Source: Pseudomonadota bacterium (GTDB lineage: Bacteria; Pseudomonadota; Alphaproteobacteria; Sphingomonadales; Sphingomonadaceae). Taken from it: DNA of 53,086 nt. Every line of letters starts with the position of its first letter. Within the stretch, counting starts at the first letter, position 1. The position numbers and the translations under genes were made by a program. Positions 9,691-18,450 of the stretch are shown in pieces. Location: positions 1-53,086 of the forward strand of contig JAZKGJ010000073.1 in NCBI GenBank assembly GCA_040385975.1, written 5' to 3'. Under the pieces are notes generated by a model. That model saw only the letters and a list, made by a program, of their open reading frames with translations, did not search any database and was not told the DNA's origin.

Positions 9691-10531
9691 CTTTCAGCTC
9701 CAGCGCGCGCGCGTACAGCGCCTTGCGATCCAGCCCGAATGCCTTGGCGACCTCACTCGCCGCCTGCCCGGTCGATAGTCGAGTCAACGCCTCGGCCAGC
9801 GCCGCATCGGTATCCTGCGCGCTGGCGGGCGCGGGCTCCCCCGGCGGCGCGACGACGATCGCGATCTCACCCTTGGGCGGTGCGTCGGCATAGCGTGCGG
9901 CGAGCGCCGACAGCGTACCGGTCACCGCCTCTTCGTAGCGCTTGGTCACTTCGCGCGTCACCGCCGCGTCCCGGTTGCCGAGCCCCGCCGCCAGCGCCGC
10001 CAGGCATGCCGCCAGCCGCGGTCCCGATTCGTACAGCACCAACGTCGCGCGCACCTTGGCAATTTCGGCGATCGCGTCCGCGCGCGCCTTCGCCTTGCTC
10101 GGCAGGAAGCCGAGGAACAGGAAGCGGTCGGTCGGCAGCCCCGCCAGCGTGAGCGCGGCAATAGCGGCGCATGGCCCCGGAATCGTCACCACCAGATGCC
10201 CCGCCGCCCGCGCGTCGCGCACCAGTTTGTAGCCGGGGTCGGAGATCAGCGGCGTCCCCGCATCGCTGACTAAGGCGACCGCTTCGCCCGCCATCCGCGC
10301 GATCAGCCCGGGGCGGACCCCTTCGGCATTGTGGTCGTGATACGGCGTCATCGGCCGCTTCACACCGACATGGCGCAGCAGCCCGGCGGTCACCCGGCTG
10401 TCCTCGACCGCCACCACGTCGGCGCGCGCCAGCACGTCGGCGGCGCGTGGGCTCAGATCGCCGAGATTGCCGATCGGGGTCGCAACGATGTAGAGACCCG
10501 GCGACAAAAGGGGCGCGGTGTTTGCGTTCAT
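9683..10531 (-). CDS. rsmI: 16S rRNA C1402 2'-O-methyltransferase
   Basis: LYIVATPIGNLGD, VSDAGTPLISDPG, FLGFLP, YESGPR, REVTKRYEE. Confidence 0.96.
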   Translation of the reverse strand: MNANTAPLLSPGLYIVATPIGNLGDLSPRAADVLARADVVAVEDSRVTAGLLRHVGVKRPMTPYHDHNAEGVRPGLIARMAGEAVALVSDAGTPLISDPGYKLVRDARAAGHLVVTIPGPCAAIAALTLAGLPTDRFLFLGFLPSKAKARADAIAEIAKVRATLVLYESGPRLAACLAALAAGLGNRDAAVTREVTKRYEEAVTGTLSALAARYADAPPKGEIAIVVAPPGEPAPASAQDTDAALAEALTRLSTGQAASEVAKAFGLDRKALYARALELKGA

Positions 10532-10542
10532 CGGGAGTGGTC

Positions 10543-11754
10543 ATGGCAGAGGCGGCGGCGAAATCGAAGCGGTGGTTGGCGCGCGCTTTGGTCGGGGTGG
10601 CGGGGCTGGCGCTGGCGGCGTGTTCGACCATCGTGCCCAAGGCGCCGCCCCCGCCGGTTTCGGGCCCGGTCATCCGCCCGCAGCCGCTGCCCGACCGGCC
10701 CGTTGTTCAGCCCGGGATCCCGCAGGACGTCGCGCGGCACCGTGTCGCACTGTTGGTGCCGCTGACCGGCGGCAACGCCGGGGTCGGGCAGAGCATCGCC
10801 AACGCGACCCAGCTGGCGCTGCTCGACCTCAACAACAATGCGATCCGCATCACCAGCTACGACACCAATGGCGGAGCGGGGGGTGGCGGCGCGGCCGCGG
10901 CGGCGCAGCGCGCGCTGGCCGACGGCAACCGGCTGATTTTGGGCCCGCTGCTGGCCGAGGATGTCCGCGCGGTCGCGTCGATCGCGCGCGGGGCGGGGGT
11001 TCCGCTCGTCAGCTTCTCGAACGACCTGAGCGTCGCCGGACGCGGGACCTATGTGCTGGGCTATTCGCCCGCGCAGGCGGTCGCGCGGGTGGTCGATTAT
11101 GCGCGCGGGCAAGGCGTGACCAGCTTCGCCGGCCTCATCCCCAACGGCCTGTACGGCGAGCGCGCCTCGACCGCGTTTCTGCGCTCGGTAGAGGGGGCGG
11201 GGGGGCAGGTCGTCTCGCTCCAGACCTACGACCGGGCACCCGGTTCGATCACCGCGGCGGTGACGCGACTGGCGCGAAATTCGCCCTATCAGGCGGTGCT
11301 GATCGCCGACGGCGGCGCGAGCGCGAGCGCGGCGGCGCCGCTGATCCGCAGGAACGGCGGGACGGGCGCGCGCATCCTGGGCACCGAACTCTGGAATTCC
11401 GAGAGCGGCATCGCCGCGCGGCCCGGCCTGACCGGGGCGTGGTTCGCGAGCGTCCCCGACACTTTCTACCGGCAATATGCCGCCAAATACCGCGCGCGGT
11501 TTGGGGCCGCACCATATCGCCTGTCCAGCATGGGCTATGACGCGGTGCTGCTGACGGTCAGGATCGCGCGCGACTGGCGGATCGGCAGCGTCTTTCCCGC
11601 CGACCGGCTCGACGACCGCGGCGGTTTTTCGGGGATCGACGGCGCCTTTCGCTTCGGCCGTGACGGCATCGCCGAACGCGCGCTCGAAGTGCAGGAAATC
11701 CGCGGCGGCGCGACGGTGACGGTCTCTCCCGCGCCGAGCGGGTTCGGCACCTAG
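10543..11754 (+). CDS. Penicillin-binding protein activator (LpoA/LppC-like) lipoprotein
   Basis: Lipobox LAAC; VALLVPLTG, ILGPL, GIDGAFRF; divergent from rsmI. Confidence 0.8.
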   Translation: MAEAAAKSKRWLARALVGVAGLALAACSTIVPKAPPPPVSGPVIRPQPLPDRPVVQPGIPQDVARHRVALLVPLTGGNAGVGQSIANATQLALLDLNNNAIRITSYDTNGGAGGGGAAAAAQRALADGNRLILGPLLAEDVRAVASIARGAGVPLVSFSNDLSVAGRGTYVLGYSPAQAVARVVDYARGQGVTSFAGLIPNGLYGERASTAFLRSVEGAGGQVVSLQTYDRAPGSITAAVTRLARNSPYQAVLIADGGASASAAAPLIRRNGGTGARILGTELWNSESGIAARPGLTGAWFASVPDTFYRQYAAKYRARFGAAPYRLSSMGYDAVLLTVRIARDWRIGSVFPADRLDDRGGFSGIDGAFRFGRDGIAERALEVQEIRGGATVTVSPAPSGFGT

Positions 11755-12890
11755 CGCGCAATCTCGCGCAGCACCGCGTCGAGCACCGGCGCGCCGGCCT
11801 CGGTCAGCGCGATGCGGTCGCCGTCGCGCTTCAGCAGGCCTTGCGCAGCGAGCAGCGCGAGTGCGGCTTCGTCAATCAATTCGCCCACCGTCTGCTCCGC
11901 CAGCGCCGCCACTCGCGCCAGATCGACCCCCTCGGTCAGCCGCAGTCCCATCACCAGCGCCTCGGTCGCGCGCTCGGCGGGCGTCAGTGCGGCCTCCTCC
12001 TGTGCGCCGTGCCCGTTGCGCGCGACCGCGGTCAGGAAGTTCTCGGGCTTGCGATGCCGCGTCGTCGCCAGCCCGCCGCGGCGGCCATGCGCGCCCGGTC
12101 CGACCCCGGCGTAATCGCGGTAGCGCCAATAGGTCAGGTTGTGGCGACTCTCCGCCCCGGCCCGCGCGTGGTTGGATGTTTCGTAGGCGAGCAGGCCGGC
12201 GGCGGCAGTCCGCGCCCGGGTCGCCTCGAACAGATCGGCGGCGGCATCGCTTTCGGGCACCGTCAGCCGTCCCGCCGCCGCGTCGGTAGCGAAGCGCGTG
12301 CCGGGCTCGATCGTCAGCTGATAGAGCGAGAGGTGCTCGGTCCCGAATTCGATCGCGCGGTTCAGCTCCGCCTCCCAAGCGGCGAGCGACTGATCGGGGC
12401 GCGCATAGATCAGGTCGAAGCTGACCCGATCGAAATGCCGCTGTGCAGTGGCGAGCGCGGCCAGCCCCTCGTCAACGCCGTGCGCGCGCTCCAGAAAGCG
12501 CAACGCCGCATCGTCCAGCGCCTGTAGCCCCAGCGACACGCGGTTCACCCCCGCCGCCGCCAGATCGGCGAACCGTGCCGCCTCGACCGAGGACGGATTG
12601 GCCTCGAGCGTGATCTCGATCTCCTCGGCAAAGCCCCAATGCCGCTCCGCCGCCACCAACAGCGCCGCGACCGTCGCGGGCGGCATCAGCGACGGCGTCC
12701 CGCCCCCGAAAAAGATCGACCCCAGCCGCCGCCCGGGCAATGCCGCCGCCTCATACGTCAGGTCAGCCAGCAACGCGTCGCGCCACGCGGTCTCGTCGAT
12801 GCCCACCCGGACATGGCTGTTGAAATCGCAATACGGGCATTTCGAGACGCAGAACGGCCAGTGGATATAGAGCGCGAGCGCGTCGGTCAT
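11751..12890 (-). CDS. hemW: Radical SAM heme chaperone HemW
   Basis: YIHWPFCVSKCPYCDFNS, FGGGTPS, EANP, HNLTYW. Confidence 0.93.
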   Translation of the reverse strand: MTDALALYIHWPFCVSKCPYCDFNSHVRVGIDETAWRDALLADLTYEAAALPGRRLGSIFFGGGTPSLMPPATVAALLVAAERHWGFAEEIEITLEANPSSVEAARFADLAAAGVNRVSLGLQALDDAALRFLERAHGVDEGLAALATAQRHFDRVSFDLIYARPDQSLAAWEAELNRAIEFGTEHLSLYQLTIEPGTRFATDAAAGRLTVPESDAAADLFEATRARTAAAGLLAYETSNHARAGAESRHNLTYWRYRDYAGVGPGAHGRRGGLATTRHRKPENFLTAVARNGHGAQEEAALTPAERATEALVMGLRLTEGVDLARVAALAEQTVGELIDEAALALLAAQGLLKRDGDRIALTEAGAPVLDAVLREIAR

Positions 12891-12945
12891 GCGCGGTGGC
12901 TAGGGGGATGTGTGCTGGCTGACCAGCCCACCCAACGCTCCCCGT

Positions 12946-13064
12946 CCATTCGTCTCGCTTAGGGATCGGGCGTGTCGAGCGCCCGTATCGAGCGATGTAT
13001 CGGCAAGGCGCGGACCTCTCGACACGCCGTCTCGACACGCTCGACGGCTAATCGAAGCGAACGG
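12946..13064. repeat. Long composite palindromic element related to family B
   Basis: Ends CCATTCG/CGAACGG; internal hairpin GGGCGTGTCGAGCGCCC and repeated TCTCGACACG. Confidence 0.6.
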
Positions 13065-13086
13065 AAGTTTTGAATTGCCCCTTCGC

Positions 13087-13980
13087 TTAGCCCGCCCCGC
13101 CGAACGTGTCGCACGCCGCCGGGTCGCCGGTCTGCAACCCGCGCCGCAGCCATTCCATCCGCTGCGCCGACGATCCATGCGTGAAGCTGTCGGGCACGAC
13201 GCGGCCCTGCGCCTGTTTTTGCAGCGTATCGTCGCCGATCGCCTGTGCCGCTGTCATGCCTTCCTCGATGTCGCCGGGGTCGAGCTGTGCCTCGTTCTTC
13301 TTGGCCCACACGCCCGCATAGCAATCCGCCTGCAATTCGAGCCGCACCGACAGCGCGTTCCCCTGCGCCGCCGGCAGCCGCTGCATCTCGCGCTGGACGC
13401 GTTCGGACTGCCCGGTCAGCGACTGGATGTGATGACCGAATTCGTGCGCGATCACGTAATATTGCGCGAAGTCACCTTTGGCACCGAACCGGTTGCCGAG
13501 TTCGTCGTAGAAGGTTGTGTCGAGGTAGATACCGCCGTCGGTCGGGCAATAGAACGGCCCCATCGCCGCCTGCGCCGCGCCGCAGCCCGATCCGCCGTTG
13601 CCGGAATAGAATTGCAGCGACGGCGCACGGAACTGCTCGCCCGAGGCGGCAAAGATGCGTTCCCACGTATTTTCGGCCGAACTGAACGCATCGCAGGTCG
13701 CCTTGCTGGCGGCGTCGACCCGGCAGGCCGTGTTCGCGTCGCCCTTTGCGACCTGTGTTTGCGGCGCCGACCCGCCCCCACCGCCGAGCAGCGAAAGCGG
13801 GTTCATCCCGAACAGCGCCAACACGATCACCACGACGATGATCCCGCCGCAGCCGAACTTGCTGCCGATCAGCGGCAGCAGCCCGAGCAGCATTCCGCCG
13901 CCGCCGCCGCCGCCGAAGCCGCCGCCCGATCCGCGCTGGTCGCCGACGTTGATGTTGGGATCGAAATCGTCGAGCCGCAT
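13087..13980 (-). CDS. Neutral zinc metallopeptidase (YpfJ-like)
   Basis: Gly-rich N-terminus plus TM helix; GPFYCP, HEFGHHIQ, ELQADCYAG, SFTHGS. Confidence 0.9.
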   Translation of the reverse strand: MRLDDFDPNINVGDQRGSGGGFGGGGGGGMLLGLLPLIGSKFGCGGIIVVVIVLALFGMNPLSLLGGGGGSAPQTQVAKGDANTACRVDAASKATCDAFSSAENTWERIFAASGEQFRAPSLQFYSGNGGSGCGAAQAAMGPFYCPTDGGIYLDTTFYDELGNRFGAKGDFAQYYVIAHEFGHHIQSLTGQSERVQREMQRLPAAQGNALSVRLELQADCYAGVWAKKNEAQLDPGDIEEGMTAAQAIGDDTLQKQAQGRVVPDSFTHGSSAQRMEWLRRGLQTGDPAACDTFGGAG

Positions 13981-14088
13981 GGCGTTCGCCTTGATCGTTA
14001 TGGTCGCGTGATGAAATGCGCGGGCGCGACGCAAGTTGCAACGCGGTCGCGTCCGCGTCAGGAGCGGGCGGGCAACTAAGGGCGAACC

Positions 14089-14859
14089 ATGTTTCTGAAC
14101 GGCAAGACCGCGATCGTCACGGGTTCGACCTCCGGAATCGGGCTGGCCTATGCAAAGGCGCTGGCCGGGGCGGGGGCGCGGGTCGTCATCAACGGCTTCG
14201 GCGACGCCGCGGCGATCGAGGCGGAGCGCGCGGGGCTGAGCGCGCTGAGCGGTGCCGACGCCGCCTATTCGCCCGCCGACATGACCAGGCCGGACGAGAT
14301 CGCCGCGCTGATCGCCGACCACCCCGCCGACATCGTCATCAACAACGCCGGAATTCAACATGTCGCGCCGGTCGATGACTTTCCGCCCGAACGATGGGAC
14401 GCGATCATCGCGATCAACCTGTCGAGCGTCTTCCACGCGATGCGCGCCGCCATTCCGCACATGAAGGCGCGGGGCTGGGGCCGCATCATCACCACCGCAT
14501 CGGCGCACAGCCTGATCGCGAGTCCCAACAAATCGGCCTATGTCGCCGCCAAGCACGGCGTCGCCGGCCTGACCAAGTCGGTCGCGCTCGAAGTCGCGCA
14601 GGCGGGGATCACGGTGAACTGCATCTCGCCCGGCTATGTCTGGACTTCGCTGGTCGAGAACCAGATCCCCGACACGATGGCGGCGCGCGGCCTGACCCGC
14701 GATCAGGTGGTGAACGACGTGCTGCTCGCCGCGCAACCGACAAAGCAGTTCGTGACGCCCGAGCAGGTCGCCGCGCTCGCCTTGTTCCTGTGCCGTGAGG
14801 AAGCGGCGCAGATCACCGGTGCCAATCTGTCGATGGACGGCGGCTGGACCGCGGCATGA
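14089..14859 (+). CDS. bdhA: 3-hydroxybutyrate dehydrogenase (SDR)
   Basis: TGSTSGIG, NNAGIQH, KSAYVAAKHG, PGYVWT. Confidence 0.92.
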   Translation: MFLNGKTAIVTGSTSGIGLAYAKALAGAGARVVINGFGDAAAIEAERAGLSALSGADAAYSPADMTRPDEIAALIADHPADIVINNAGIQHVAPVDDFPPERWDAIIAINLSSVFHAMRAAIPHMKARGWGRIITTASAHSLIASPNKSAYVAAKHGVAGLTKSVALEVAQAGITVNCISPGYVWTSLVENQIPDTMAARGLTRDQVVNDVLLAAQPTKQFVTPEQVAALALFLCREEAAQITGANLSMDGGWTAA

Positions 14860-15518
14860 GCTGGCCCGCCATTTCGGCAAGCGCGCTGCGCGCGGTGCTG
14901 GCGCTCAGCCTGGGTGCCGTCGGCGGCTGCAGCGGCAAGCCCGCGCCGCTGCCGACGGGTGTCGTGGCGGCTGCGCGGGTTCCGGAAGCCGACTGGCGGC
15001 GGGTCGTGACCGGCGGCGACCGTCAACGGCTCAGGAACTGGCGGCAAAGCTGGCTGGCGGCGACGGCGGCGGCGCGGGGTGCCGACGATGGTGCGCAGGC
15101 GCGCGACCCGGCGCTGTTCGCGCCCGACCGTGCGCTTCCGGACGCGGTCCCGCCGGCGGGAAACTACACGTGCCGGGTGGTGAAGCTCGGCGCCCGCGAC
15201 CCGGCGATGCGCCCGTTCACGTCCTATCCGCCCTACACCTGCCGCGTGATGGGCGATGGTGACGTGATCGGTTTCGAAAAGCTCGGCGGGTCGCAGCGCC
15301 ACGTCGGACGGATATTCCGCGACGGCGCGGGGCGTGGCATATTCCTGGGGACGATGATGCTCGGCGACGAGGCGCACGCCCTGTCCTACGGTCGCGACCT
15401 GCGGCGCGACCTGGCCGGGTTCGTCGAACGGATCGGCCCGCGGCGCTGGCGGATCGCGCTTCCCGAACCACGCTTCGAATCGCGGCTCGACCTGATTGAA
15501 CTGGTCCCGGCGGCTTAG
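14856..15518 (+). CDS. DUF4893-like lipoprotein
   Basis: Lipobox VGGC; YTCRVVKLG, KLGGSQR; ATGA overlap with bdhA. Confidence 0.7.
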   Translation: MSWPAISASALRAVLALSLGAVGGCSGKPAPLPTGVVAAARVPEADWRRVVTGGDRQRLRNWRQSWLAATAAARGADDGAQARDPALFAPDRALPDAVPPAGNYTCRVVKLGARDPAMRPFTSYPPYTCRVMGDGDVIGFEKLGGSQRHVGRIFRDGAGRGIFLGTMMLGDEAHALSYGRDLRRDLAGFVERIGPRRWRIALPEPRFESRLDLIELVPAA

Positions 15519-16453
15519 CGGTCGGGCGGCGCCGGCGCGGCACCCTCGCCGCGTTCCGGGCGGATGTAGATCGACGACAACATCGGCAGCGCGCGGCGCA
15601 GTTCGTCCTCGATCTCCTCGATCATCCGCTCGCCCTGACCCATCGTGCAATCGTCGCGAAAATCGGCGCTGATCGCGACGAAGACGGCGTGCGGGGCGGT
15701 ATGGATCGTGCGGACGTGATTGACCGCGGTCACCGCGGGGTGCGCAGTGACGATCGCCTCGATCCGCGCGATCACCGCGGGGTCGGCGCGTTCGCCGATC
15801 AGCAACCCCTTGGCCTCGCGCGCCAGGAAGGTGGCGACCGCGGCCAGGATCGCGCCGATCACCAGCGATGCCGCGCCGTCGATCCGCGGGTCGGCGAAAT
15901 GGTGGCTGGCCCACACCCCGGCCGCGGCGACGACCAGCCCGGCAAGCGCCGCCGAATCCTCGAACAGCACGATGAATGTCGCCGGGTCCTTCGATTCGCG
16001 CACCGCCTGCCACCACGGGGTCGCGCCCTTCGCCGCGATGAATTCACGCAGCGCGATCGCCCAGGAGACGCCTTCCATGACGAACGCGATCGCCAGAACG
16101 ATGTAATTGATCAGCGGCGGGTGGAGCGGCTCGGGCGCGTTGATATGCTGCCAGCCCTCGTAGATCGAGACGACCGCGCCGACCCCGAAGATCAGGATCG
16201 CGACCACGAACGCCCAGAAGTACAGTTCGCGGCCATAGCCGAACGGGTGGATCAGGTCGGGGGGCCGGCGCGAGCGGCGCTCGCCGTAGAGCAGCAGCGC
16301 CTGATTCCCGCTGTCGACGACCGAATGGATCCCCTCGGTCAGCATCGCGGTCGAGCCGGTGATCGCGGCGGCGATGAACTTGGCGACCCCGATGCCGAGG
16401 TTCGCGACGAGCGCCGCCCAGATCACCAGATTGGATTGCGCGCCCGCCTTCAT
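15515..16453 (-). CDS. Cation diffusion facilitator transporter
   Basis: EGIHSVVD, HPFGYGRE, FEDSAA; about six TM helices and a C-terminal soluble domain. Confidence 0.92.
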   Translation of the reverse strand: MKAGAQSNLVIWAALVANLGIGVAKFIAAAITGSTAMLTEGIHSVVDSGNQALLLYGERRSRRPPDLIHPFGYGRELYFWAFVVAILIFGVGAVVSIYEGWQHINAPEPLHPPLINYIVLAIAFVMEGVSWAIALREFIAAKGATPWWQAVRESKDPATFIVLFEDSAALAGLVVAAAGVWASHHFADPRIDGAASLVIGAILAAVATFLAREAKGLLIGERADPAVIARIEAIVTAHPAVTAVNHVRTIHTAPHAVFVAISADFRDDCTMGQGERMIEEIEDELRRALPMLSSIYIRPERGEGAAPAPPDR

Positions 16454-16616
16454 CCGGCGGTCTTGGCAGGAATGTCCGCCGGGAACGAGCCCCGGCGGAC
16501 ACCTTTCCTCCCCAGGAAAGCTGACACGCGTTCGCCACATGGCGCGCGCGGTGTCGATTGCCCGCGTCGCCCGCAATCGGTCACGGCGTCGCCGTGGTTC
16601 GATCGCGCGCGGTCGG

Positions 16617-16636
16617 TCTGTCACATTATTGACAGA
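16617..16636. promoter_or_regulatory. Candidate RamB/ScfR operator (autoregulatory)
   Basis: TCTGTCA-cattat-TGACAGA perfect 7-bp arms, 26 nt before the regulator ATG. Confidence 0.6.
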
Positions 16637-16662
16637 AGCCGGCATCGGGCGGAAACGGTGGC

Positions 16663-18042
16663 ATGGCGGACCAGAAACTCCTGATCGGGCACGCGGTACG
16701 GCGCTTGCGACGCCGCGCGGGACTGACCCAACTGGCGATGGCGGAGGCGCTGACGATCAGCCCGAGCTACCTCAATCTGGTCGAGCGCAACCAGCGCCCG
16801 GTGTCGGCCGCTTTGCTCATCAAGCTGGCGGAGGCGTTCGACTTCGACCCGCGCACGCTGGCGGCGGCGGAGCCCGGCGGGGGCGGCGACGCGATCCGCC
16901 GGCGGCTGGCCGACCCGATGTTCGCCGACCTGGAGATCGACCGCAACGAGGTCGAGGAATGGCTGGCGGGTGCGCCGGGGGGCGCGGAAGCCTTTGCGCG
17001 GGTGTTCGACCGGCTCGGCGCGGGGGGCACCGCCGCTGCGGTCGATCCGACTGCCGAGGTGCGGCGCGAGATCGAGCGGTGGCGGGGACATTTCGCCGAT
17101 CTCGACGCGGCGGCGGAGGCGATCGCCGACGAACTGCGGCTCGGCGCGGGCGACCTGTACGGCGCGATCACCGAACGGATGCGGGTCAAGCATCAGCTCG
17201 CGATCCGGATCCTGCCGGTCGATGTCATGCCGACGCTTCTGCGCCGGCTCGACCTTCATGCGCGGCAGCTGCAGCTGAGCGAGACGCTCGACACCGCGTC
17301 GCGGACCTTCGCCGCGGCGTTCCAGCTCGCGCAGATCGAGGCGCGCGCCGAAATCGATGCACTCGCGCGTGGCGCCGGTTTCACCGACCGCACCGCCGAA
17401 CGCCTGTTTCGCCGCCACCTCGGCAGCTATTTCGCGGCGGCGATCATGATGCCGTACGGGCGCTTCCTGCGCGCGTGCGAGGCGACCGGCTATGACGTCG
17501 AGTTGCTGCAACGCCGGTTCGGAGCGGGGTTCGAACAGGTCGCGCACCGCCTGACCAGCCTGCAACGCGTCGGCGCGCGCGGTCTGCCGTTCTTCCTCGT
17601 CCGGATCGACCGCGCGGGGCAGGCGTCGAAGCGCTTTTCCGGCGCAAGCGGGGCGGCTTTGGCGGAGGCCGAGGGACGCTGTCCGCTGTGGCGGCTACAT
17701 CATGCGTTCGAACGGCCGGGCACGCTGACGGTGCAGCTGGTCGAGCTGGAAGACCGCGGCCGCTGGCTGACGATGGCACGCACGGTGACGCCGCAGGGGC
17801 GCAACTACGGCGCGGTGCCAGCCGAATTCGCGGTCGGCATCGGCGTGGCGGCGGAGCTGGCCGGGAGCCTGGCGGTGTCGCGCGGGATCGACCTGCGCGG
17901 AGATGCGACGCCGATCGGGCTGGGCTGTCGCGCGTGTCAGCGGGTCGCGTGTCCGCAACGCTCGGCTCCGCCCGCCGGTCGCCCGCTCAAGATCGACGAG
18001 CGCGAGCGCGGAGTCAGCGCCTTCACCTTCGCGAGCGATTGA
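16663..18042 (+). CDS. ramB: XRE-family short-chain fatty acyl-CoA regulator (ScfR family, RamB-like)
   Basis: HTH ISPSYLNLVERNQRPV; EQVAHRLTSLQR; C-terminal CRACQRVACPQR; upstream of aceA. Confidence 0.85.
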   Translation: MADQKLLIGHAVRRLRRRAGLTQLAMAEALTISPSYLNLVERNQRPVSAALLIKLAEAFDFDPRTLAAAEPGGGGDAIRRRLADPMFADLEIDRNEVEEWLAGAPGGAEAFARVFDRLGAGGTAAAVDPTAEVRREIERWRGHFADLDAAAEAIADELRLGAGDLYGAITERMRVKHQLAIRILPVDVMPTLLRRLDLHARQLQLSETLDTASRTFAAAFQLAQIEARAEIDALARGAGFTDRTAERLFRRHLGSYFAAAIMMPYGRFLRACEATGYDVELLQRRFGAGFEQVAHRLTSLQRVGARGLPFFLVRIDRAGQASKRFSGASGAALAEAEGRCPLWRLHHAFERPGTLTVQLVELEDRGRWLTMARTVTPQGRNYGAVPAEFAVGIGVAAELAGSLAVSRGIDLRGDATPIGLGCRACQRVACPQRSAPPAGRPLKIDERERGVSAFTFASD

Positions 18043-18043
18043 G

Positions 18044-18319
18044 ATGCTGATATTTGCAGCGATGTTGATCGCGCAGGCCGCGGCTCCCGTCGAAGCGGAG
18101 GTGGTCGTGACCGCGCGCAGGCGCAAGTGCGACATCTCGATCGCCAACCGCACCATCTCCGATCGCGAATTCAAGAAGCGCGCGGCGGAATGGGCCGCGG
18201 GCATTCCGGTCCGGGTCGTCGCCCCGCGCCAGGCGGACATCAGATGCCTGGCGAAAATCGCGTTCCGGCTGGCCGACCACGGGGTCACCCGCATCCACTT
18301 CGTCGAACCCGGTCTGTAA
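18044..18319 (+). CDS. Small exported protein, ExbD/TolR periplasmic-domain-like
   Basis: ATG 1 nt after regulator stop; signal-like N-terminus; ExbD-like strand/helix pattern ending RLADHGVTRIHFV. Confidence 0.65.
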   Translation: MLIFAAMLIAQAAAPVEAEVVVTARRRKCDISIANRTISDREFKKRAAEWAAGIPVRVVAPRQADIRCLAKIAFRLADHGVTRIHFVEPGL

Positions 18320-18332
18320 ATAACGTTACAAC
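18313..18332. promoter_or_regulatory. Candidate RamB operator upstream of aceA
   Basis: TCTGTAA-ataacg-TTACAAC; same TGTMA-N6-TKACA layout as 16617. Confidence 0.6.
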
Positions 18333-18450
18333 CCGACTATAGGATGGGGAGCGGCAACGACAGCGCTACGCCGATATCTGCCCACCAGTGTCGCTTTCGG
18401 TTGTAAATCGGCACACAGCGATGCGAGCAACCAGCGCAAGGACGCCGCCC

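Noticed and set aside
13981-14880. Apparent N-terminal extension of the zinc peptidase (597-aa ORF)
   Set aside because: Antisense to bdhA; family-like sequence begins at 13980
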